Below are positions 20,773-30,031 of a stretch of DNA of 64,000 nucleotides, piece by piece. Position 1 is the first letter of the stretch, and the number at the start of each line of letters is the position of its first letter. Where the stretch lies: contig JASFQK010000023.1 of NCBI GenBank assembly GCA_050115495.1, positions 1-64,000 of the forward strand, written 5' to 3'. Origin of the DNA: Phycisphaerae bacterium. Its GTDB lineage: Bacteria; Planctomycetota; Phycisphaerae; UBA1845; Fen-1342. The notes under the pieces were generated by a model. The model was not told the DNA's origin. It made no database searches and worked only from the letters and a program-made list of their open reading frames with translations. A program made the position numbers and the translations under genes.

Positions 20773-22154
20773 CGGCCATCCTGTTCTGGATCGTGTATGC
20801 CGGCGGCGTGTGCACCGCCGTGGCCCGTCCGGTCGTGGGCGTGGCCCTGTATATCCTGGTGTACCACCTGAACCCGGAGACGCAGTGGTGGGGAGAGAGC
20901 TTCGCGGCGACGGGGTTGCGGCCGTCACTGACGGTGGCGGCGGCGACGGCGCTGGGCATCATCCTGCGCCGACCGCGGCTTTCGCCGGGGGCCCGGCAGT
21001 TCCCGCTGCAAACCAAGCTCATGCTGGCCCTGGCCCTCTATGCGCTGTTGACGTTGACGTGGGCGGACCTGTCCTTCAGCCGTAGCCTGTTCATGGGCGA
21101 CAAGGTGGTGAAGCTGGCCATCTTCGCCGTGATTCTGGTGCGCTGCGTGCGCCGGCCGGAGCACTACCACCTCGTGATTGTGGCGTGGCTCATCGGCGTG
21201 GCGTACATCGGCTATCAGGCGCACGGCGGCGTCGGCGGGCGTAGCGGCGGACGGCTGGCCTGGGGCCTCGGCGGGCCCGACTTCGCCGAGTCGAGCGATC
21301 TCGCCGTGCACCTAGTGGGCACGCTGCCGATCATCGGGGCCATGGTCTTCATGGCGCGCAAGTGGTGGGCGCGTGTGGCGTGGTTGGTCACGGGGGCCTT
21401 GGCCGTGAACACGATCATCGCGACGCGCACGCGCAACGCGGTCGTGGGTCTGGCCGCCGTTACCTGTGTGGCGGTGCTCTGGTTGCCGCGAGGTTATCGG
21501 GCCAAGGGAATCGTGGCCATCGCCGCCGGCATGCTCCTGGCCGCCCAGCTTGCCGACCCCGGCTGGTGGCGCCGCATGCGCACCATCCAGGACTACAAGT
21601 CGGATGCCTCCGCCGCCCGGCGGATCGTCTATTGGCAGGCCGCCGTGGACATGGTGACCGACTACCCGTTTGGCGTGGGCCTCGGGCAGTTCCACTACCG
21701 TGTGGGCGACTACCTGCCTGACGGCGACTACGGCCACAGTGCCCACAACACGTTCATGACGTGCCTGGCGGAGCTCGGCCTGCCCGGCATGACCCTGTTC
21801 CTCGCGGCGATCCTGGTGGCACTCCGACGGACGAGCCAGGTGCGGAAAGCCGCGTACCAGTTCAGGTCCGATATCACATTATCCATGGGGTATACGTCGC
21901 CACGGTTCCACTTGGCGTGGCACGCCATGGCCCTGCAATCGGGTCTGGTGGGCTATCTGGCGTGCTCCCTGTTCACGACCCGCCTGTGGGCCGAGGGGCT
22001 GTGGATCCTGCTCGGCCTGACCGCCTGTCTACAGAACGCGTGCATACATATGGAATCTGCGGCGCAGACGACCGGGGTCGAGGAGCCGCTGAACGCGGGC
22101 GTGCCCCCTCTGGGCACCTGGCCGGTGGCGAACGATTCCGGAGCCCGCGCGTAG
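20763..22154 (+). CDS. O-antigen ligase / Wzy_C family membrane protein
   Basis: Many TMs, TRTRNA, SAARRIVYWQAA..YPFGVGLGQF, SAHNTF..LAELGLPG. Confidence 0.85.
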   Translation: MSLTAILFWIVYAGGVCTAVARPVVGVALYILVYHLNPETQWWGESFAATGLRPSLTVAAATALGIILRRPRLSPGARQFPLQTKLMLALALYALLTLTWADLSFSRSLFMGDKVVKLAIFAVILVRCVRRPEHYHLVIVAWLIGVAYIGYQAHGGVGGRSGGRLAWGLGGPDFAESSDLAVHLVGTLPIIGAMVFMARKWWARVAWLVTGALAVNTIIATRTRNAVVGLAAVTCVAVLWLPRGYRAKGIVAIAAGMLLAAQLADPGWWRRMRTIQDYKSDASAARRIVYWQAAVDMVTDYPFGVGLGQFHYRVGDYLPDGDYGHSAHNTFMTCLAELGLPGMTLFLAAILVALRRTSQVRKAAYQFRSDITLSMGYTSPRFHLAWHAMALQSGLVGYLACSLFTTRLWAEGLWILLGLTACLQNACIHMESAAQTTGVEEPLNAGVPPLGTWPVANDSGARA

Positions 22155-22343
22155 CATCCACGCACGCCCCCCCTTTCAGTCCGACAATCAAGCGACCGAA
22201 AAAAAGAGCTGAGCCGGACTGCGCGCCGGGCGGGGATGTTGCGCCCAGACTCAGGGCGACCCGCCCGGCGTGTCCGGTTCGACGTGCGCGGTGTGGGTGT
22301 TTCGATCGCGCCGCCTGTTGGATAGCGAGGATTATCGGCCGCG

Positions 22344-23603
22344 ATGCGCGTGCTGGTCGTCACACCCCGCGAGCCCTGGCCACCCAACGATGGCGGCCGC
22401 CTGCACCTCTACCACGTGCTGAAACACCTGGCGGATCGAGCGGAGGTCACGCTGGCGCTGCCGCGGCCGGCGACGGGGGACGACGAGCTGCGCGGGCGGT
22501 TGCGCGTTGAGACAGTGCCGGACGTGGCTCACGCGTCGCAGCGGCGGCGGAGGCGGCTGGCAGCGCTGGATCGGCTGATTCGACGGCACGTGCCGTACTC
22601 GCCGGCGATCGAGGCGTGGTTGCGGCGGAATGCCCGGCTGGAACGCTTCGACGCGGTGCTGCTGCACGGCACGGCGCTCGGGCACTACGTCGCGGCGTGT
22701 CGTGTGCCGGTCGTGTGGGATCCGGTGGACGAGCTGGTGCTGCACGCCGTTCGTGACGCGGAATACGGGCCGTGGCAGCGGTGGCCGGCGGCGTTGCGGC
22801 ATGCGGCCGTGTGCGCGTGGTACGAGCACGTTGCGGCGAGCCGGGCGGCGGCGACGGTGTTCGTGTCGTCGGTGGATGCGGCGGTTGCTCGGCGGTGGGT
22901 GGGGGATCGTCGAATTGAAGTCGTGGCCAATGGCGTGGACCTGGATTACTTCCAGCCGCCGGCCACGCCGCCCGATCCGGGGACAGTGCTGTTCGTCGGG
23001 TCGCTCGACTTTCCGCCGAACGTGGACGCGGTTTCGTTCTTCGTCCGGCGGGTGTGGGGACGGCTGTACGAGAGGGATCGGCGGCGACGGCTGCTGATCG
23101 TGGGGCGGCATCCGGTGGCGGCGGTGCGAACGCTGGCGTCGCAGGCGGGAGTGGAGCTGGTGGCGGACGTGCCGGATGTGCGGCCGTACTTCGCGCGGGC
23201 CGGTGTGGTCATCGCGCCAACGCGAAAGGGCGGGGGGTTGAAGAACAAGATTCTCGAAGCGTGCGCGATGCGGCGGCCGGTGATCGCCAGTCCGCGAGCC
23301 GTCGCGGGGTTGAGCGCTCGGCCGGGACGCGACCTGTTGCTGGCGGCGTCGCCGGCGGCGTGGGCGGCGCGCGTGGAGCAGGTGCTACATCATCCGCGGT
23401 GGGCGGAAGGGCTCGCCGAGCGCGGCTACGACTGGGTTTGCCGAGCGCATCGCTGGAGCGATGCGGGGCAGCGTTTCCTGGGGATCCTGGCGTCGGTCTG
23501 CGGCGCGTGTGTCGACGAGCTGGTGGATGATCCGGACGTGCCGCGGCCGGCGTCGCTGGTGATCAAGGCCCGCACGGCCGCGGTGATGGAGCTGGTCCCG
23601 TGA
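22344..23603 (+). CDS. Glycosyltransferase family 4
   Basis: PWPPNDGGR, VANGVDLDYF, FVGSLDFPPNVDA, GGGLKNKILEA. Confidence 0.88.
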   Translation: MRVLVVTPREPWPPNDGGRLHLYHVLKHLADRAEVTLALPRPATGDDELRGRLRVETVPDVAHASQRRRRRLAALDRLIRRHVPYSPAIEAWLRRNARLERFDAVLLHGTALGHYVAACRVPVVWDPVDELVLHAVRDAEYGPWQRWPAALRHAAVCAWYEHVAASRAAATVFVSSVDAAVARRWVGDRRIEVVANGVDLDYFQPPATPPDPGTVLFVGSLDFPPNVDAVSFFVRRVWGRLYERDRRRRLLIVGRHPVAAVRTLASQAGVELVADVPDVRPYFARAGVVIAPTRKGGGLKNKILEACAMRRPVIASPRAVAGLSARPGRDLLLAASPAAWAARVEQVLHHPRWAEGLAERGYDWVCRAHRWSDAGQRFLGILASVCGACVDELVDDPDVPRPASLVIKARTAAVMELVP

Positions 23604-26600
23604 GAGTGGCCCTGCTCATCGACACGTTGACGGGCGGTGGCGCGGAGGGTGTTGTCTATCGTCTGGCGCTGGGGCTGGCGGGGCGCGGTCACCAGGTGTT
23701 CGTGTATTGCCTGAGAAGCGCCGGCCGCGAGACGGATGAACTGCGGGCGGCTGGGGTGGTCGTACGCGAGGGGCATGGTGAGGGGCGGCAGCTTCGGCTG
23801 ATGTGGCGGTTGGCGGGGTGGTTGCGGAGCGATCGCATCGATGTGGCCCACGCGCACAGCAGCGCGGCCATGGTCAGCGTGCTGCCCGTCGCCAAGCTCC
23901 TGGGTATTCCGGTAATGCACACGCGGCATAGCCTGCGCCATGGCCGGCCGACGCGTGAGCACGTGCTGGCTCGACGGCTCGCGCCGCTGCTCAACGGGCT
24001 GACGATCGTTGCCGAACCGCTGCGTGAGCGGTTGTCGGCCGGCTGGCGAGAGCGGGCGGTGTATACGCCGAACGGGATCGATGCGCCGGTTGTCGAGCGA
24101 GCGGCGGCGCGGCGGCGGCTGGAACACGTGTGCGGCGGGCCGCTGGACGGGCCGGTCATCGTGAGCGTGGCGAACATCCGGCCGGAGAAGGATACGCGCG
24201 GGTTGCTGCAAGCGTTCGCCCTGCTGCGTCGCCAACATTCGGATGCGCGGCTGGTCTGCCTGGGTCAGCGGACGAACGCGGCGTACTGGGAGCAGGTGCA
24301 GCAGAACATCGCCGTCATGGGGCTGCAACGCGTTGTGCATTTGCCCGGCTATCGGGCGGACGCCGGCGAACTCATGGCGGGGGCGGACGTCTTCTGCCTG
24401 TCCAGCCGGACGGAGGCCCTGCCGCTCGCGGTGCTCGAAGCGATGAGCCAGGGTGTGCCGATCGTGGCCACGGCTGTCGGCGGCGTCGGGCGGCTCGATC
24501 GGGCGGCGGGGTCGGATCGGTATGTGCTGCAACAGGGGCGGTCGGCGTTGCTCGTGCCACCGGAGGATCCGGAGGCGCTGGCTCGGGCACTCGACGGGGC
24601 GCTGACGGATCGGGCGCGGGCGGCGGAGCGGGTGGTGCAGGCTCGCGCGGATTACGAGCGGCACTTCACGGCTGAGCGCATGGTTCAACGGTACGAGGAG
24701 CTGTACGTCGCCAGTGGTGTTGGCCGCGGGCGGCGCAAGCGTGGGCGGCGGCCGCGGGTGATGATGGTTGGGCCGGCTCCGCCGGAAGTGGGGGGCATGG
24801 TCACGTCGATCGGCCTGCTGATGGATAGCCCGTTGCGGGAGACGTGTGAGCTGCATCGGTTTGCGACGACGATTGACCCGGCGACGTTGACGCAAGGGCG
24901 AACGGCGGGCAAAGCCCGCCCTACGGGATGGCTCGGTCCCGTCAGTTCGATCGTGCGGCATGTGAAGACGCTGGGGGCGTTTGTGGGCGAGGTGGTGCGC
25001 AGGCGGATCGACCTCGTGCACGTGCACACGTGCAGCGGTTTCACGTTCTACCGCAACCTGCTGGACCTGGCGGCGGCGAAGCTGCTGGGACGGGCGGTCA
25101 TTCTGCATATTCGGGGCGGACGGTTCGCGGAGTTCTGTGCGGGCGGGTCTCGGCTGCGGCGATGGCTTATCCGCCGGGGGCTGGAGTGGGCCGACGCGGT
25201 GATCGTGCTGTCGCCGGGGTGGGCGCGGGTTTTGCGCCGCCACGCGGGCCACGCGCGGTTGCTGTCGCTGCCGAATACGTTTGGGACGCCGGCGCTCCTG
25301 GCGTCGCCGCGGGTGGATGAGCGGCGGCCGTGCCGGCTCCTGTACATGGCGCCGCTGAGCGAGGCGAAGGGGCTGGGTGACCTGCTGGAGGCGGCCCGGC
25401 GGCTGCGCGCGGAGCACGTGCCGTTTACGCTCGACATCGCCGGTCCGGCGGGTCCGGCGGGGCTGGAACGCTGGCAGCGGCAAGTGCACGAGGCGGGGCT
25501 GGACGAGATCGCGCGTTTCGTCGGGCCGGTGCACGGGCGGGCGAAGGCGGGATTGCTGGCGGCGGCGGACTGCTTCGTGCATCCGAGCCACAGCGAGGGA
25601 TTGCCGAACGCGATTCTGGAAGCGGGGGCGACCGGTCTGCCGGTGATTTCGACCGACGTGGGAGCAGTGGGCGAGGTGTACGCGCCGCTGGCCGGCGTGC
25701 TCGGACCGGACGAGCCGTTGCCGCTTGTGCCGCCACGGCAGCCGGCGGAGCTGGCTGAGCAGATGCGACGGTTCGCGAGGAATGCGGATATCTGCCGGCG
25801 GTTCGGAACCGCGTTCCGGACCCATCTGCTGGAGCACTATGGCCAGGAGCGCGTGAGCGAGCGGCTGGCGGCGATCTACGGTGACGTACTGTCGCGGCGA
25901 CGGGGCGGACGGCGGACGCTGACGATGCCGGAATCGCTCGTGCGGCACGTGGTCTGGCCGGTGTTCGAGCGCGTGCGCAAGCGGCAGACGCCGGGCGAAG
26001 TGCGGGCCCTGGAACGTCTCGTCCTGGATACGCCACAACGCGTGCCAGAGGAATCGGCCCGCCGGCTGAGCAGCCTGCTGCAATTCGCCGGGACACACCT
26101 GCCGTACTACGCGGAGCAGTTTGCGAGGTACGGCGTGCGGCCGCAGGCGGACGAACCTTACGCCGAGCTCGCCCGGCTACCCGTGTTGCACAAGGCGGAC
26201 GTGCGGGCCAACGCTGAACGCATGACCTGGCGCGACGTGCCCGGCGGGCTCTTGCCGGCGGTGAGCGGCGGGACCACCGGCGACACGCTGCACTTCTTCG
26301 TCGACCGCGTCCGTAACTCGCAGAGTCTGGCGGCCCGGTTGTTCATGCAGCAGCTCTGGGGCGTGCGGCCGGGCGATCGGCGGATGTGGTTCTGGGGCTC
26401 GCCGCGTGAGCTGAAGGAATCGCCGCTGTACACGTGGCGCGACCGGCTGCTGAACGAGATCATGCTCGACGCGTTCGACATTTCGACGGCGCGGCTCGAT
26501 GAGTACCTGCGGCGGATCGTCGCGTATCGGCCGCGGCTGCTGAGCGCGTACGCCAGTGCGGGGCTGCTGCTGGCGCGGCACGCGGCGAAGCGTTACGGGC

Positions 26601-27328
26601 CGCGTGACTTCCCATGGCTCCAGGCGTTCGTGCTGACCGGCGACGAGATTCACGACGAGCATCGGCGGGCGATCGGCGAGGTCTTTGGTTGCCCGGTGGT
26701 GAGCGAATACGGCAGCCGCGAGGTCGGGCTGATCGGGTACGAGTGCCCGCAAGGCCGGCTGCACGTCGTGTCGCCGCACATCCACGTCGAGATCACGCAG
26801 AACGACGAGCGCGTGCCCGACGGCACGTTCGGCAACGTGACCTGCACGAACCTGAACACGCGGGCGCAGCCGCTGCTGCGTTACCGGCTGGGTGACGTGG
26901 GAGCGATCTCGCCGGCGGGCTGTCCGTGCGGGTTGCCGCTGCCGGTGCTGGAGATTCGGGCGGCGCGGATCACGGGCTTCGTGGCGATGCCCGGCGGCCG
27001 GCTGCGCGACGGGCATCTCGTGGCATACCTGGTGCGGGTCGATCCGGGCGTGGTCGAATTCAAGGTGCATCAGCGCACGCTGGAGCAGTTCGATGTGCTG
27101 CTGGTGGTCAACGAGCGGTTCACGGCCGACTCGATCGCCGGCATCCAGCAGCGGTTTCACGGATACTTCGGGCCGCAGGTGCAGGTGAACTGCATCGTCG
27201 TGGACGCGATTCCGCCGGACCCGTCGGGCAAACGGCGGTACATGGTGTCGGACGTCGCGCCGCGGCTGGAGCGGTATGAGGTGGAACCGTCGCCGCCGGC
27301 GGTCGCGGGGGCGATCAACCGAGGTTGA
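23600..27328 (+). CDS. Fusion: two GT4 glycosyltransferase modules plus a phenylacetate-CoA-ligase/CapK-like adenylation domain
   Basis: 1242-aa unbroken ORF. GT4 signatures SRTEALPLAVLEAM and SHSEGLPNAILEAG, then SGGTTG, EYGSREVG, LLRYRLGD, SGKRR. Confidence 0.85.
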   Translation: MRVALLIDTLTGGGAEGVVYRLALGLAGRGHQVFVYCLRSAGRETDELRAAGVVVREGHGEGRQLRLMWRLAGWLRSDRIDVAHAHSSAAMVSVLPVAKLLGIPVMHTRHSLRHGRPTREHVLARRLAPLLNGLTIVAEPLRERLSAGWRERAVYTPNGIDAPVVERAAARRRLEHVCGGPLDGPVIVSVANIRPEKDTRGLLQAFALLRRQHSDARLVCLGQRTNAAYWEQVQQNIAVMGLQRVVHLPGYRADAGELMAGADVFCLSSRTEALPLAVLEAMSQGVPIVATAVGGVGRLDRAAGSDRYVLQQGRSALLVPPEDPEALARALDGALTDRARAAERVVQARADYERHFTAERMVQRYEELYVASGVGRGRRKRGRRPRVMMVGPAPPEVGGMVTSIGLLMDSPLRETCELHRFATTIDPATLTQGRTAGKARPTGWLGPVSSIVRHVKTLGAFVGEVVRRRIDLVHVHTCSGFTFYRNLLDLAAAKLLGRAVILHIRGGRFAEFCAGGSRLRRWLIRRGLEWADAVIVLSPGWARVLRRHAGHARLLSLPNTFGTPALLASPRVDERRPCRLLYMAPLSEAKGLGDLLEAARRLRAEHVPFTLDIAGPAGPAGLERWQRQVHEAGLDEIARFVGPVHGRAKAGLLAAADCFVHPSHSEGLPNAILEAGATGLPVISTDVGAVGEVYAPLAGVLGPDEPLPLVPPRQPAELAEQMRRFARNADICRRFGTAFRTHLLEHYGQERVSERLAAIYGDVLSRRRGGRRTLTMPESLVRHVVWPVFERVRKRQTPGEVRALERLVLDTPQRVPEESARRLSSLLQFAGTHLPYYAEQFARYGVRPQADEPYAELARLPVLHKADVRANAERMTWRDVPGGLLPAVSGGTTGDTLHFFVDRVRNSQSLAARLFMQQLWGVRPGDRRMWFWGSPRELKESPLYTWRDRLLNEIMLDAFDISTARLDEYLRRIVAYRPRLLSAYASAGLLLARHAAKRYGPRDFPWLQAFVLTGDEIHDEHRRAIGEVFGCPVVSEYGSREVGLIGYECPQGRLHVVSPHIHVEITQNDERVPDGTFGNVTCTNLNTRAQPLLRYRLGDVGAISPAGCPCGLPLPVLEIRAARITGFVAMPGGRLRDGHLVAYLVRVDPGVVEFKVHQRTLEQFDVLLVVNERFTADSIAGIQQRFHGYFGPQVQVNCIVVDAIPPDPSGKRRYMVSDVAPRLERYEVEPSPPAVAGAINRG

Positions 27329-28271
27329 AGTTGGGGACGTCGCCGCGCTCGCGCACTCGGGCGAGGACGCGCTCGGCGGTATCGAAGCGGAAGCAGCGCA
27401 GCAACTTCGCGAGCTTTGGTTCGGTGGTGTGCAGGTTGACGCGGTGTCGCCAGCGGGCGAGACGGCTGATCGGGGGCGTTGGCTGGTCGCGGTCCAATTC
27501 CCACGGGTGCACGTAGAGCATCGCCGGCTCGCCGCGGTGAACGCGGTAGGCCAATGCCCGGCGCATGATGAGCCCGGGCAGCAGGCGCAGGTAGCCGCCG
27601 CCGGCGACAGGCACACGCAGCAGGCCCCAATCCAGCGTCAGCGGCGGGAACTCGAGCAGGCGCTTGCCGGACGGGCCGGTGAGCCAGAAGGGCACGACCG
27701 GGGCGTCGGGCACGCCGTAACGATCGTGCCGGACGGGGAAGATGCTCGTGTCGTATTCGAAGCCGGCATCAGCGATGACGTCGACGGCCCAGGAGGTCGC
27801 GCGGGTGAGGGAGAAGGTTGGCGCCCGGTACCCGCGCGGGGCGACGCCGAGAAGATCGGCCAGTTGGTCGCGAGCCCGGCGGAGATCGTCGCGCAAGCGC
27901 GCGGCATCGAGCCGTGCCAGGTGCTCGTGCATGCTGCCGTGGCAGGCGATCTCGTGGCCGGCGTCGGCGAGGTCAATCAACTGGCGGCGCAGGTGCGGCA
28001 CCGTGTCGCCGAGCACGAAGAACGTCGCCCGCGCCTCGTGACGCTGCAGGAGCTGGGCGATGCGTTCGAGGAAGGGGGCCACGCGGCGTTGGCGGTGGGG
28101 CCACTCGGTTACGGGGACGGTGCCGGCGAACACCTCGGCGTGGAAGTACTCCTCGACGTCGATGCTGAGACAGCTCAGAACCGCGTTTTTTTGCGGACCG
28201 GGGGCAGTTACGGGAAGTGCCCCGTCGGTGGCAGGTCCGGGATCGGTTTCGCGGGCCAGCGTGCTCGGCAT
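27315..28271 (-). CDS. Polysaccharide deacetylase with DUF3473-like C-terminus (PEP-CTERM-locus type)
   Basis: SIDVEEYFH, ATFFVLG, GHEIACHG, GYRAPTFS, AGGGYLRL, YVHPWELD. Start uncertain (28271 preferred; ORF extends to 28385). Confidence 0.88.
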   Translation of the reverse strand: MPSTLARETDPGPATDGALPVTAPGPQKNAVLSCLSIDVEEYFHAEVFAGTVPVTEWPHRQRRVAPFLERIAQLLQRHEARATFFVLGDTVPHLRRQLIDLADAGHEIACHGSMHEHLARLDAARLRDDLRRARDQLADLLGVAPRGYRAPTFSLTRATSWAVDVIADAGFEYDTSIFPVRHDRYGVPDAPVVPFWLTGPSGKRLLEFPPLTLDWGLLRVPVAGGGYLRLLPGLIMRRALAYRVHRGEPAMLYVHPWELDRDQPTPPISRLARWRHRVNLHTTEPKLAKLLRCFRFDTAERVLARVRERGDVPNFNLG

Positions 28272-28488
28272 ACTGCTGTTATCGGCTTGCAGCCGGCTAC
28301 AGTGGATGACCGGGGGGAAATGGCCCCCGCTATTCATCAGCGGGGGTATCGGGGACGATGCACGCGACATGGGAGCATCGTGCAACCATAGTGTTTTCCA
28401 CTCCGCCGGGCTGACCGCAGGCGATCCCGACGAGCATATCGGAGTCGCGACGTCTCAATTTGTGGTCGAGCGGGAGGCCTCGCTGCAC

Positions 28489-28863
28489 GTGTCGCAGGGT
28501 GCGCTCCTGTTCCGTTGCGGGCACTGCCTGACGCCGTTGCCGGAAGTGGACGGGAACCCGACGCTGCGCTGCCCGGCGTGCCGGCGGCGCAACGCGCTAC
28601 CGGACCGGGCGTGGGTGAATTGCCTGCATTGCGGGTTCGAGCAGCGGATTTCCGTGCGGCGGGCGGGGGCCGAACCGCGTTGCACGAGCTGCGGGCACGT
28701 CCTGACGCCGGCGGATGTGGTGCTGAAGCGGATGTTCCGCCGGCGAAGGCGGTCGGCGCGTTCGCATATGCTGCGGCGCTCGAACCACGAGCAGGCCGTG
28801 CTATTGCTCTTCCTGTTGGGGGTGGCGGCGTTGCTCTCGTTGCGGGTGCTCAGCCTGCTCTAG
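28489..28863 (+). CDS. Small double zinc-ribbon membrane protein
   Basis: GGAGG then GTG at 28489. Four CxxC motifs (CGHC, CPAC, CLHC, CTSC), Arg-rich linker, C-terminal TM helix. Confidence 0.7.
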   Translation: MSQGALLFRCGHCLTPLPEVDGNPTLRCPACRRRNALPDRAWVNCLHCGFEQRISVRRAGAEPRCTSCGHVLTPADVVLKRMFRRRRRSARSHMLRRSNHEQAVLLLFLLGVAALLSLRVLSLL

Positions 28864-30031
28864 AGAGCGTGGGGGGTTGTTCACTGCTGGACTCGCCGGC
28901 GACGATCCGGCTCAGCCACTCGACGCGGCTGCGCCAGCTCTCGGCCTGGACCAGCTTCTGGCGGGCGGACGGGGGCACCTGCTCGGCATCAACCAGGGCG
29001 GCGGCGCAGGCGGCGAGGAAGTCATCGAGCTCCTCGGCCGTGCGGACCGCCGGGGCATACGACTGCACGGCGGACATCGGGGCGGAGACGACCGGCAGGC
29101 CGGCGGCGAGATACTCGCGCAGCTTTATCGGATTCACGGCGCGGATGAGCCGGCTCATTCGGAAGGGGATCAGCCCGACGTCAAAGCCGCGGCAGTACGC
29201 GGGCAGGTCGGCGTAGGGCCGGCCGCCGAGTAGATGCACGTTCGGTAGACCGACGACCGGCTGCTCGTCGGTGCGGCGGTCGCCGAGCAGGACGAAGGAC
29301 CAGTCGGGACGCCGGCGGGCGGCCTGTCCGAGCAGTTCCAGATCGACATACTCGCTGATAAGACCGAAGTAGCCGAAGATCGGCCGCGGGATGGCGCGGA
29401 GGTCCTCGGGAATGGGGGCGGGTGCATCGACCGCCGCGGCGAAGTGCTCATAATCGACGCCGTGGGGCACGAGGTGGACGTTGTTATGCTCGCCTCGGCG
29501 GGCGTCGTAGAGCTCCTGGCTGGTGGCGATGACCACGTCGCTGGCGGCGAGCGTCTGCCGCTCGAGCCGCTCGATCAGTTCGGTATTGAAGCCGGCGAAG
29601 GCGGCGAAGTCGTCCACGCAGTAGTACACGACGCGCTCGGCGTCGAGCCGGCGGGCCAGGCCGGGGGCGTCCGGAGCGAACAGCCAGAGCTGCACCGGGC
29701 GCGGCGGCAGGCGACGCAGGGCGGAGCGAATGCGGGCGGCGAGCAGGTCCGTGTTGAGCCAGCGGATCAGGGGGCTCTCGGGCAGCGGGACGAGCAGCGG
29801 CGTGATCACGTCGATGCCGGGGGCGACACGCTGTGGTCCGGCCCACACCTGTCGCAGACGGCGGAGCACGGCGGCCGCGTCGCCGCCGGTCAGGCTCGGC
29901 CGGCGTGAGGCATGGCAGGAAACCCACATGACGTGGTTGTGCTCGGCGAGCAGACGCATCACGTGGTGTTTGCTGGTGGGATGGTCGAACCAGCCGCTGG
30001 CGACGCAGACGATGTTGCGTCCGCGGATCAT
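28850..30031 (-). CDS. Glycosyltransferase (GT4, TuaH-like)
   Basis: TSKHHVMR, YYCVDDF, PHGVD, NPIKLREYLAAGLPVVS. Confidence 0.88.
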   Translation of the reverse strand: MIRGRNIVCVASGWFDHPTSKHHVMRLLAEHNHVMWVSCHASRRPSLTGGDAAAVLRRLRQVWAGPQRVAPGIDVITPLLVPLPESPLIRWLNTDLLAARIRSALRRLPPRPVQLWLFAPDAPGLARRLDAERVVYYCVDDFAAFAGFNTELIERLERQTLAASDVVIATSQELYDARRGEHNNVHLVPHGVDYEHFAAAVDAPAPIPEDLRAIPRPIFGYFGLISEYVDLELLGQAARRRPDWSFVLLGDRRTDEQPVVGLPNVHLLGGRPYADLPAYCRGFDVGLIPFRMSRLIRAVNPIKLREYLAAGLPVVSAPMSAVQSYAPAVRTAEELDDFLAACAAALVDAEQVPPSARQKLVQAESWRSRVEWLSRIVAGESSSEQPPTLSRAG

